Shown here piece by piece: positions 1-8,154 of a DNA stretch of 64,000 nucleotides. The stretch spans positions 768,001 through 832,000 of the forward strand of contig CAVYRF010000002.1 of assembly GCA_963770895.1 (NCBI GenBank), given 5' to 3'. The position numbers were made by a program, and so were the translations under genes. Under the pieces are notes generated by a model that worked only from the letters and a program-made list of their open reading frames with translations, was not told the DNA's origin and ran no database searches. Position 1 is the first letter of the stretch, and each line of letters begins with the position of its first letter. Origin of the DNA: an uncultured Acidobacteriota bacterium. GTDB taxonomy: Bacteria; Acidobacteriota; Thermoanaerobaculia; Multivoradales; UBA5704.

Positions 1-27
1 GGTGGTAGATTTGTGGCGGTTGCGCAT
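1..27 (-). CDS. 5' end of a gene running off the left edge (MRNRHKSTT...)
   Basis: Minus-strand AAAGGA RBS-like motif 9 nt upstream of the ATG at 27, preceded by a leader hairpin. Only 9 codons are visible. Confidence 0.4.
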
Positions 28-51
28 TGGCTGGTGTCCTTTGCGTGACTA

Positions 52-86
52 GGCTCCGGTGAGAGTTAACGGCTCTTGCCGGGGCC
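52..86. other. Hairpin immediately 5' of the intron insertion site (class IIC target hairpin)
   Basis: GGCTCCGGTGAGAG pairs with CTCTTGCCGGGGCC (allowing G-U pairs), ending 3 nt before the intron start. Confidence 0.75.
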
Positions 87-1902
87 GCTGTGTGCCCAGC
101 ATGGGCGTGACTTGGAGGTGCAAGTCCTCTGGGGAACCTGGTCGCAGGGGCCCCGAGCGAACCGCAAGGCGACCGGCCGCGAGGCCGGCGCTGAAAGAAG
201 CGGTAGCGAAACCGCGGGTTGACGAACAGAAACCGGATAGGAGGCGGCGCAAGCCGGGGCGAGCGGGCAGCGAACCGCGAAGCTCCTGCGACCAAGGGCG
301 AGCGCCGTAAATCCGGCAGCCGTGCGGGGAAAGCCACGACCCTTACCTGGGGAGGTCTCGCCTGACGCCTGAAAGGGCGACGCCGCAGGGCGGAGCGAGA
401 AGTCAGCAGAGGTCATAGTAGCCGGGGAGGCGGGAGGGGAGAGGCGAAGGACCGAACGGGGAGGAGAGAGCAACGACCATGGGTCTCGAAGGTGCACGGC
501 GCCAGATGACCGGGCAACTGGAACTCCCGTTCGAACCAAGGGGTGAAGCCCCGCGAGGAGAGCGGAGTGGCGAAGCACCGATGGCGAGTCAGGGAGACGA
601 GCGCTCAGGGACCGACCGCCTAATGGAACAGGTGGTGGAGCGGGGCAACGCGAAAGCGGCGTTGCGGCGAGTGAAGCAGAACCACGGAAGTCCTGGCATC
701 GATGGGATGACGGTGGGAGAGCTGTCAGCTCACCTGGTGAAGCAATGGGAAAGTATCCGGGCGCAACTCCTGACCGGGACTTACCAGCCGCAGCCGGTGA
801 AGCGGCAGCCGATTCCAAAGGCGGGAGGAGGAGTCCGGGAGTTGGGGATCCGACCGTGCTCGACCGTTTCATCCAGCAGTGCATCTTGCAGGTTCTTCAG
901 CCGCGCTTTGATCCGACTTTCTCTGAGCACAGCTACGGCTTCCGACCTGGGCGGCGAGCGCACGACGCCGTGCGAGCGGCGCAGAAGTTCATCCAGGAAG
1001 GGCGCCGTTGGGTCGTGGACGTGGACCTGGCGAAATTCTTCGACCGGGTAAATCACGATGTGCTCATGAGCAGGCTGGCCCATCGAATCGCGGACAAGCG
1101 CATGCTGGGACTGATTCGTCGTTACCTTGAGGCCGGAATTCTGGCCGAAGGGGTGACGAAGGAGCGGCACGAGGGGACTCCTCAGGGAGGTCCTCTCAGC
1201 CCGCTACTGGCAAACGTGCTCCTCGACGAAGTGGATCGGGAGCTGGAAAAGCGCGGACACGCCTTCGTGCGTTACGCCGACGACAGCAATGTGTATGTGC
1301 GGTCCCGGCGTGCCGGCGAACGAGTCCTTGGGACTCTTCGGCGGCTCTATTCGCAACTCCGGCTCCAGATCAACGAAGGGAAGAGCGCGGTGGCGCGGCC
1401 ATGGGATCGCAAGTTCCTGGGCTACAGCTTCTGGATAGCCCCCGGACGCGTGATTCGCTGTCGCGTCGCACCCGAAGCTTTGGAGGCGATGAAGACGCGG
1501 GTACGGCACATCACCGGCCGCAGCGAGGGCCGGAGCATCGACTTGGTGGCTGCGAGCCTCCGAGAATATCTGACCGGCTGGAAAGAATACTTCTGTCTGG
1601 CAGATGGCCGGCAAAAGCTCACCAGCATCGACAAGTGGATCCGTCGTCGCCTGCGTATGGTCCAGCTCAAGCAGTGGAAACGAGGTGCCACGACCTACCG
1701 AGAGCTGCGCAGGCGGGGCGTTCCCGAACGCGAAGCCTCCTGGTCGAGTGCCCACGCCCGCAGCTGGTGGAGGACCGCCAAGAACACCGCCTGCTCGGCG
1801 ACAATTACTCCTGTGCACTGGCGACAACTACACCTGTGCAATTTAAGCAGCGCGTAAAGTGGTTGGCAGGCTCGTACCCCCGGCGGCCGGGGAGGAGGCT
1901 GC

Positions 1903-3381
1903 TTGATCACAAGCGACGCACAGGTGAGGCGACTCATGGAAGAGCTGGAGCGACATGGCAAGGTGGGCTTGTCCGCCCTTCGGGCGGGTCTGCACCGCAA
2001 CACCGCGAGGCGATACCGGGACCTGGGCAAGGTGCCCTCGGAGGTCAAGGAGCCGCGGTCGTGGCGGACGCGGGACGACCCGTTCGTGGAGGATTGGCCG
2101 GCGGTGGTGGAGCGCCTGGCCGATGCGCCGGAGCTGGAGGCGAAGGTGCTGTTCGAGGATCTGCTGTCGCGGCGGCCGGGCCGCTACGAGCCTGGCCAGG
2201 TGCGGACGTTTCAGCGCCGGGTGAAGGCATGGCGGGCGCAGGAAGGCCCGGCCAAGGAGGTCTTTTTCGCGCAGGAGCATCGTCCAGGGGAGGCGCTACA
2301 GAGCGACTTCACCTGGGCCAAGGAGTTGGCGATCACGATCGGCGGAGAGGCGTTTCCGCACCAGCTGTGCCATGTCGTGCTGCCGTACTCAAATTGGTCG
2401 TGGCCGACGGTGTGTTTTTCGGAGTCGTTGGCGGCGCTGCGCCGCGGCGTCCAGGCCGCGGTGTTCCGGCTGGGTCGGGTGGCGCACTTTCACCAGACCG
2501 ACAACTCGACGGCGGCGACGCACGATTTGCGGACGGGCAAGCGGGGCTTCAACGCTGAATACGAGGCGTTGATGCGTCATTTGGGGATGGAGCCGCGGAC
2601 TATCGAGCCGGGACAGAAGCATCAGAATGGCGATGTGGAGGCTCTCAACGGCGCCCTCAAGCGGCGGCTTGAGCAGCACCTGCTGTTGCGGGGCAGCCGT
2701 GAGTTTGGCAGCCAGGAGGCGTACGAGTCTTGGCTTGAGCAGGTGACGGAGAAAGCCAACCGGCTGCGGAGCCGGCGGCTGACGGTGGAGCTCGATGCGA
2801 TGCGCCAGCTGCGCGTGGAGCGTCTCCCCGAGTACAGCGAGGTTGAAGTTGGAGTCAGCGGCTGGAGCACGATCCGAGTCAAACACAACGCCTACTCGGT
2901 GCCGTCGCGGCTCCAGGGCGAGCGAGTGCGCGTGCGGATCTTCGACGCCAGGCTGGAGGTCTTCCATGGCGGCCGGCACCAGCTGACGATCGAGCGGCGT
3001 CGCGGCGAAAACGGTCACCGTATCGACTACCGGCACGTGATTTGGTCGCTGGTGCGCAAGCCCGGCGCCTTCGCGCGGTACCGGTACCGTGAGGAGTTGT
3101 TCCCGACGCCGGCGTTTCGCCGCGCCTACGACCAGCTCCACGGCGCGCAGGCCACGGCGCGGGCCGACCTGGAGTATCTGCGGATTCTGCATTTGGCCGC
3201 CTCGACGATGGAGTCCGAGGTAGAGGCGGCGCTGGATCTGTTGAGCGAAGAGGTGCCGCTGTACGAGCGCGTCAAGAGCTTGGTGCAACCGGCACGGACG
3301 TCGCTGACTGTGCCAGAGGTTGCGATGCCGGTCGTCGACCTCCACAGCTACGATGCCCTGCTGGCGCAGGTGGCGTCATGA
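1903..3381 (+). CDS. istA: IS21 transposase IstA
   Basis: N-terminal HTH; DDE motifs QSDF, TDN, NGDVE; YSVPSRL. Start may be slightly downstream. Confidence 0.93.
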   Translation: MITSDAQVRRLMEELERHGKVGLSALRAGLHRNTARRYRDLGKVPSEVKEPRSWRTRDDPFVEDWPAVVERLADAPELEAKVLFEDLLSRRPGRYEPGQVRTFQRRVKAWRAQEGPAKEVFFAQEHRPGEALQSDFTWAKELAITIGGEAFPHQLCHVVLPYSNWSWPTVCFSESLAALRRGVQAAVFRLGRVAHFHQTDNSTAATHDLRTGKRGFNAEYEALMRHLGMEPRTIEPGQKHQNGDVEALNGALKRRLEQHLLLRGSREFGSQEAYESWLEQVTEKANRLRSRRLTVELDAMRQLRVERLPEYSEVEVGVSGWSTIRVKHNAYSVPSRLQGERVRVRIFDARLEVFHGGRHQLTIERRRGENGHRIDYRHVIWSLVRKPGAFARYRYREELFPTPAFRRAYDQLHGAQATARADLEYLRILHLAASTMESEVEAALDLLSEEVPLYERVKSLVQPARTSLTVPEVAMPVVDLHSYDALLAQVAS

Positions 3382-4142
3382 GTGCGACGCCAGCGGGCCT
3401 CCCGATCCAGCTGCGAGAGCTCAAGCTGCCGGCGTTCGTGACCTACCACGACGAGGTGGCGAAGAGGGCTGAGCAGGGAGGATGGCCCTTCCAAAACTAC
3501 CTGGCCCATTTGACGCAGCTCGAGCTCGACGAGCGGCAACAGCGCAAGCTCGATCGGCTGCGGCGGGCTTCGCAACTACCCGCCGAAAAGACGCTGACAA
3601 CACTGGATTTGTCCCGTCTTCCCGCCAAGGTACGACGAGTTCTGCCAAGCCTGTGCGAGGGCGGCTTTGTCGAGCGGGCGGAGAATCTCTTGGCCTTTGG
3701 GCTGCCAGGAAGGGGAAAATCCCACGCCTTGTGTGCCGTCGGTCACGAGCTGGTCCAGCGCGGCTACAAAGTGCTCTTCACGCCGGCCTTTCGGCTGGTT
3801 CAACGGCTGTTGGTCGCCAAACGCGACCTCGCCCTCGATGCCGAGCTGCGGCGCCTCGACGCCTTCGACGCCGTCCTGGTCGACGACCTCGGCTACGTCC
3901 AGCAAGACCGCGAGGAGATGGAGGTGCTCTTCACCTTCCTCGCCGAGCGCTACGAGCGCAAGAGCGTCCTGATCACCAGCAATCTGGTCTTCTCGCAGTG
4001 GGATCAGATCTTCAAGAACCCGATGACCACTGCCGCCGCGATCGACCGCTTGGTGCATCACGCCGTCATTCTGGAGATGACAGGTCCGAGTATGCGGTCC
4101 GAAGAGGCAGCCGCCCGCGGCGCCGAAGCCAAGAAATCATGA
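3378..4142 (+). CDS. istB: IS21 helper ATPase IstB
   Basis: Walker A GLPGRGKS, Walker B LVDDLGY, ITSN, AAIDRLVHH. Confidence 0.96.
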   Translation: MSATPAGLPIQLRELKLPAFVTYHDEVAKRAEQGGWPFQNYLAHLTQLELDERQQRKLDRLRRASQLPAEKTLTTLDLSRLPAKVRRVLPSLCEGGFVERAENLLAFGLPGRGKSHALCAVGHELVQRGYKVLFTPAFRLVQRLLVAKRDLALDAELRRLDAFDAVLVDDLGYVQQDREEMEVLFTFLAERYERKSVLITSNLVFSQWDQIFKNPMTTAAAIDRLVHHAVILEMTGPSMRSEEAAARGAEAKKS

Positions 4143-4627
4143 GACTTGGCGCTCCATCGGCCGGCGCGCGTCCTATGGAAGGTGACGCCCTGTGGAAAAC
4201 TGGGTCCCCCACCCGCACCCCCTCCCAGTTTCCCACAGGACTTGCAAAACGCCCCCCTGTCCTCCCACCCGCGTTTCGCACACCTCCCACAGGACCGACG
4301 ACGAGGAGATATCTACCTGAATTTGAAGCAAGAAAAAGCCCGCGGGGCTACGCCCCGCCCCCTACCACGGTGCACAGGTGTAATTGTCGTCGCCGCACAA
4401 GTGTAGTTGACGCCGGGCAACCGCCCTCAACATGGCCCTGCCAACGAGCTACTACGACCGACTGGGAATACCCAGGCTTGCCCCGTAACCTCAACTCCTC
4501 GAACCGCCGGATGCGGACTCGCATGTCCGGTGGTGTGGGAGGGGAACGGCGGGGATGACCCGCCGTCCCCTATCCCGCTTAACTGGATCGCGGGAGAGGA
4601 GCGCTCCTCCCCTCGATTGAGCCAGTA

Positions 4628-4659
4628 TAATCCAAGTTGGATTAACCCAAGATAGATTA
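4628..4659. promoter_or_regulatory. Tandem palindromic operator overlapping putative divergent promoters
   Basis: TAATCCAAGTTGGATTA (4628-4644, perfect 8-1-8 palindrome) and a degenerate copy TAACCCAAGATAGATTA (4643-4659). AT-rich patch just upstream of the XRE gene. Confidence 0.7.
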
Positions 4660-4671
4660 CAGAATGGGCGA

Positions 4672-4902
4672 GTGGGTCCCGTCCACTCACCTGAGTACCA
4701 GAACATGCTGGCGCGGCTTCGGCAGGCCCGCCGCAGCGCCGGGCTTACCCAGGAAGAGGTAGCAAAGCGGCTCGGGGCGCGCCAGGCGTTCGTGTCGAAG
4801 GTGGAGCGAGGCGAGCGGCGGATTGATCCCGTCGAGCTTGCACAGTTCGCCTCCCTGTACGGAAAGCCGCTTGTTTGGTTCCTCGGCTCAGGCCGCGAGT
4901 GA
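4672..4902 (+). CDS. XRE-family helix-turn-helix regulator
   Basis: RLRQARRSAGLTQEEVAKRLG..QAFVSKVERGERR is a typical HTH_3 pattern. Confidence 0.9.
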   Translation: MGPVHSPEYQNMLARLRQARRSAGLTQEEVAKRLGARQAFVSKVERGERRIDPVELAQFASLYGKPLVWFLGSGRE

Positions 4903-5023
4903 GATCAGGGGGCGAGGATGCGCCCCGCCATTGGTCTTGCAGCAGTCTTGCAAATCACGACCCAAAGGACGAACCCTTCCCCGGACCTGATCCTGCAAGT
5001 GACGTTTTTTGTGAGATTTAAAG

Positions 5024-5099
<76 letters not shown>

Positions 5100-5112
5100 A
5101 CTGAGGCGTGAA

Positions 5113-5141
5113 AGTCTAGCGGCTGGGTGGTGGGGTGTCAA
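5113..5141 (-). promoter_or_regulatory. sigma70 promoter of tRNA-Ala
   Basis: TTGACA-N17-TAGACT on the minus strand, 13 nt upstream of the tRNA. Confidence 0.8.
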
Positions 5142-5170
5142 ACTCGCGGCGGGGTGGGCGGAAGAGTGGG

Positions 5171-5225
5171 GTTGCCCCGGCCGCGGCGCGCCTGACGGCG
5201 CGACCGCGGTCGGGCCGGGGGCGCG
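5171..5225. repeat. Hairpin-forming direct repeat, copy 1 (REP-like)
   Basis: 5171-5208 is identical to 6114-6151 (GTTGCCCCGGCCGCGGCGCGCCTGACGGCGCGACCGCG); similarity continues for about 17 bp. Confidence 0.85.
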
Positions 5226-5295
5226 AGAGGGAGCGTCTTGCCGCGCTCGGAGCCGCTCCAGCATGACGGGTGACATCGGGTGCTGGATTGGGCGG

Positions 5296-5700
5296 TTACA
5301 AGGATGCCCAATTTTCCGTCCGTAGCCCCCCCACCCGCTCGAACTCTCTGAGGTTGTTGGTTACCAGGATGAGGTTGCGGGCCAGGGCCTGGGCGGCGAT
5401 CAGGCTGTCGAGGTCGCCGATGGGACGACCTCGGCGACGAAGATCCGCTCGCAGTCGAGCCCCGTGGACGGCGTCTTCCAGCTCGAAGGGGAGGAGCTTT
5501 ATAGGGGCAACGAAAGAGTCCAGCCGGCCGTGTGCTGCGGAAGGGTCTCGGCTCCCCTCTGCCCCTTGCCGGAGCTCGAGCACGGTGATGACACTCAAGA
5601 CCACGTTCGTGGGACCTACGACACGCAACTTTGCCAGCACGCCGGGTGGGCGCTCCTTGAGGGCGTAGATGCAGATGTTCGTGTCGAGGAGATAGCTCAC
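5296..5700 (-). CDS. vapC: VapC PIN-domain toxin
   Basis: YLLDTNICI, IGDLDSLIAAQA, LVTNNLREFERV. Confidence 0.95.
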   Translation of the reverse strand: MSYLLDTNICIYALKERPPGVLAKLRVVGPTNVVLSVITVLELRQGAEGSRDPSAAHGRLDSFVAPIKLLPFELEDAVHGARLRADLRRRGRPIGDLDSLIAAQALARNLILVTNNLREFERVGGLRTENWASL

Positions 5701-5936
5701 GGCTCGAAGGTCTTGCGGCGCTGCTTGACCGCGGCAGGGCGGACGAAGTTCTCGGGCATCCCTTCGAACGCTTGCCAGAAGTCAGCCGGCCATTCGGAGC
5801 GCGGCAAGAGCTTGAGGACCAAAGTCTCACCCTCGCGATGAATCTCGACCTCCTCGGTTCCCGGGGGAAATCGCAACTCCTTGGGAAGCCTCACGGCCTG
5901 GCTGTTGCCGCTCCAAAACACCTTCGCGTGGACCAT
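5697..5936 (-). CDS. vapB: VapB antitoxin (AbrB/SpoVT type)
   Basis: AKVFWSGNSQAVRLPKELRF; GGAGG RBS before the ATG at 5936; overlaps the vapC start. Confidence 0.93.
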   Translation of the reverse strand: MVHAKVFWSGNSQAVRLPKELRFPPGTEEVEIHREGETLVLKLLPRSEWPADFWQAFEGMPENFVRPAAVKQRRKTFEP

Positions 5937-5977
5937 CCTACCTCCTGGCGGAAGCGCCGCCAACGCGCTTCAAACGA

Positions 5978-6006
5978 AGTATGCACGCGTATATACAGAG
6001 AATCAA
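5978..6006 (-). promoter_or_regulatory. vapBC promoter with overlapping autoregulatory operator
   Basis: TTGATT-N17-CATACT. Imperfect palindrome GTATGCACGCGTATATAC (5979-5996) overlaps the spacer and -10. Confidence 0.65.
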
Positions 6007-6113
6007 CCCGGGAGCCGGGTAGTGGGTCAAGGCTCACTGCCGAGGTGGTGCCGGTAGTCGTTGATGTTGCCACGATGCTCCCATCCCCCTGGTGATCCCG
6101 GCCAGGCGTCTTT

Positions 6114-6170
6114 GTTGCCCCGGCCGCGGCGCGCCTGACGGCGCGACCGCGACCGAGCCGGGGGGGCGCG
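6114..6170. repeat. Hairpin-forming direct repeat, copy 2 (REP-like)
   Basis: 38 bp identical to 5171-5208; lies just downstream of the hflX stop. Confidence 0.85.
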
Positions 6171-6195
6171 GGCGGTGCGTTCTCGAGGGTCCGGC

Positions 6196-7410
6196 TTAGC
6201 TGCCGGCGGAGGCCAGGCTTGGCAGGCGGCGGACGATCTCGGCGCGGAGGTCGTCCAGGCCTTTGCCGGTGACGGCGGAGATGCATACGGCGTCGCCGTC
6301 ATGGGGTGTGGCGTGGGCGGCGGGGAGGCGATCGCATTTGTTGAAGACGGTGATGACGCGGTTGCGATCGACGCCGAGCTCGTCCAGAACCTCGTCGGCG
6401 ACGCGCATCTGGTCGTACCACTGGGGGTGGCTGCGGTCGACCAGGTGCAGGACCAGGTCGGCGGCGGTGATTTCGCCCAGGGTGCTGCGGAAGGACGAGA
6501 CCAGGTGATGGGGGAGCTTGCGGATGAAGCCCACGGTGTCGGCAAAAACGATGGAATCGGCGGCGTGACCGGCGGTCCCGGCGGCAGGATGGCCGGCCGC
6601 GGCGGCGGCGCCGTTGCCGTCCTGGGCGACGGCGACGGCGTACGGGGCGGCGGCGCCGCCGGGATGCAGGCTGCCGCGCCTTAGCTTGGCGTCCAGGGTG
6701 GCGAAGAGGCGGTCTTCGGCCAGGGTGCCGGCGGCGGTGAGGCGGTTGAACAGGGTCGACTTGCCGGCGTTGGTGTAGCCGGTCAGGGCGACGATGGGGG
6801 TACCGCGGCGGCCGCGGCGCTGCTGGCCCCGGGTGCGATCGATGCGGGCCAGGTCGGCTTCCAGGCGGCGGATGCGGACGCGCAGCAGGCGGCGGTCTTG
6901 CTCGAGCTGCTTTTCGCCTTCTCCTCCGCGCATGCCGATGCCGCCGGCCTGGCGCGAGAGGTGGGACCAGCGGCGAGTCAGACGCGGCAGGAGGTAGTTG
7001 AGGCGGGCCAGCTCGACCTGGGTGCGGGCTTCCCGGCTTTGGGCTCGCTGGTCGAAGATCTCAAGGATGAGGCCGCTGCGGTCCAGGACGGAGAGGCTGG
7101 TGGCCTCCTCCAGCGCCTTCACCTGGCCGGCGGTCAGGTCGTCGTCGAACAGGAGCAGATCGGCCTTCAGGGCGGTGGCGGCTTCGGCGACCTCGGCGGC
7201 CTTGCCCTTGCCGATGAAGGTGGCGGGGTCGGGGGCTTGGCGGGACTGCACGGCGCGGCCGACGACCTTGGCGCCGGCCGAGGTGGCCAGCTGCGCCAGC
7301 TCGTCCAGGTGTTCTTCGACGCGCTCCATGCCGCCGGGCTGGCCGCGCAGGAAGATGCCGACCAGGAAGACCCGGCGCGAGCGCGAGCGTTCGATTTCGT
7401 GGGGGGACAA
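6196..7410 (-). CDS. hflX: Ribosome rescue GTPase HflX
   Basis: GYTNAGKST, DRLFATLD, DTVGFI, NKCD, ISA. The TTG start at 7410 is an estimate. Confidence 0.95.
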   Translation of the reverse strand: MSPHEIERSRSRRVFLVGIFLRGQPGGMERVEEHLDELAQLATSAGAKVVGRAVQSRQAPDPATFIGKGKAAEVAEAATALKADLLLFDDDLTAGQVKALEEATSLSVLDRSGLILEIFDQRAQSREARTQVELARLNYLLPRLTRRWSHLSRQAGGIGMRGGEGEKQLEQDRRLLRVRIRRLEADLARIDRTRGQQRRGRRGTPIVALTGYTNAGKSTLFNRLTAAGTLAEDRLFATLDAKLRRGSLHPGGAAAPYAVAVAQDGNGAAAAAGHPAAGTAGHAADSIVFADTVGFIRKLPHHLVSSFRSTLGEITAADLVLHLVDRSHPQWYDQMRVADEVLDELGVDRNRVITVFNKCDRLPAAHATPHDGDAVCISAVTGKGLDDLRAEIVRRLPSLASAGS

Positions 7411-7494
7411 AGTTGGGTTGCCGGGGTGAGCTCTTTGAGGGGTGGCGCGCGTCCTGCGGTATTCTATCCCGCAGACCTGGATGGCAGACTGACG

Positions 7495-8154
7495 ATGACC
7501 CGCGACCCTGCAGGAACAAAACGGCCGCTCGACGGCGGAAATTCCGCCCCCCCACCCGTTGCGCCACCCGCGGCGGCGACCGCTCCCCTGGCGCCGGCCG
7601 TCGGGCTCCAGGCGCGGTGGGTGGCGGCTCTGGTGACGGCGATGGCGCTGTGTGTGCTGCTGTGGCCTCGCGGCGCGGCGACGACTCCCATGGCACCTGG
7701 CGGCTTGCTGGTGGATCCGAGCGGCCAGCCGGCGCCGCTGACGGAAAACCTGGCGCCGGTGACGCTGCTCCATTTCTGGGCTACCTGGTGCCCTCCCTGC
7801 ATCGAGGAGGCACCTGCGCTGGAGCGGCTGGACCGCGCTTTTTCGGGCTATGGCGGGTTCAAGGTGCTGCGGGTGGCGGTGGCGGATTCGCCGGCGCGGG
7901 TGGATTCACTGTACGGCGGGCGCGCGCCCAGGATGCTGTATGACCCGCGCTGGGACGTGGCGCATCGGTTCGGCACCGAGCAGCTGCCGGAAACGTACCT
8001 GCTGGTGAACGGCCGCATCGTCGAGAAGTTCATCGGCGAAAACGATTGGGACGACCCGATGGTGCGCCGCAAGATCACCCTGCGTCTGGCCGACGCCGGC
8101 GCGGCAGCGGCCACGCCGGCGGCAGAGGGCCGCGGCAGCAGGACCCAGCCTTGA
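7495..8154 (+). CDS. TlpA/ResA-like thiol-disulfide oxidoreductase
   Basis: N-terminal TM segment, HFWATWCPPC, LPETY. Confidence 0.88.
   Translation: MTRDPAGTKRPLDGGNSAPPPVAPPAAATAPLAPAVGLQARWVAALVTAMALCVLLWPRGAATTPMAPGGLLVDPSGQPAPLTENLAPVTLLHFWATWCPPCIEEAPALERLDRAFSGYGGFKVLRVAVADSPARVDSLYGGRAPRMLYDPRWDVAHRFGTEQLPETYLLVNGRIVEKFIGENDWDDPMVRRKITLRLADAGAAAATPAAEGRGSRTQP

Larger units (their letters stand above)
1792..4419 (+). mobile_element. IS21-family insertion sequence (2628 bp)
   Basis: TG...CA ends. Imperfect inverted ends each carry two copies of a repeat close to CGACAAYTACWCCTGTGCA. A 6-bp duplication ACCGCC lies at 1786-1791 and 4420-4425. istA-istB overlap by ATGA. Confidence 0.96.
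479..4488 (+). pseudogene. ltrA: Group II intron reverse transcriptase/maturase, with a -1 frameshift at ~850 and an IS21 insertion at 1792-4419
   Basis: PGIDG and RELGI|PTVLDRFIQQ split across frames; SYGFRPGR, GTPQGGPLSPLLAN, RYADD, FLGY. The C-terminus resumes after the IS as TALNMALPTSYYDRLGIPRLAP*, stop 4486-4488. No endonuclease domain. Confidence 0.92.
90..4579 (+). mobile_element. Group II intron, class IIC, interrupted by IS21
   Basis: 5' end GTGTGCCCAGCATGGGCG at 90. Short domain V with CGC triad (ACCGCCGGATGCGGACTCGCATGTCCGGTGGT, ~4503-4534). Domain VI ends CCTATCCCGCT at 4579. Internal RT/maturase ORF, insertion behind a hairpin. Confidence 0.93.

Noticed and set aside
479-1857. 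RT as a retron, DGR or defence-associated RT
   Set aside because: It has group II intron RT motifs and is enclosed by a recognisable IIC ribozyme (5' GTGTG, domains V and VI). No template/variable repeat pair or msr-msd is visible.
1792-1857. C-terminus CSATITPVHWRQLHLCNLSSA of ORF 745-1857
   Set aside because: This is read-through into the IS21 left end; the real C-terminus is at 4420-4488.
5171-6170. Repeats as integron attC sites or a CRISPR array
   Set aside because: There is no RYYYAAC...GTTRRRY arrangement (GTT lies at the wrong end), only two copies 943 bp apart, and no intI or cas gene.
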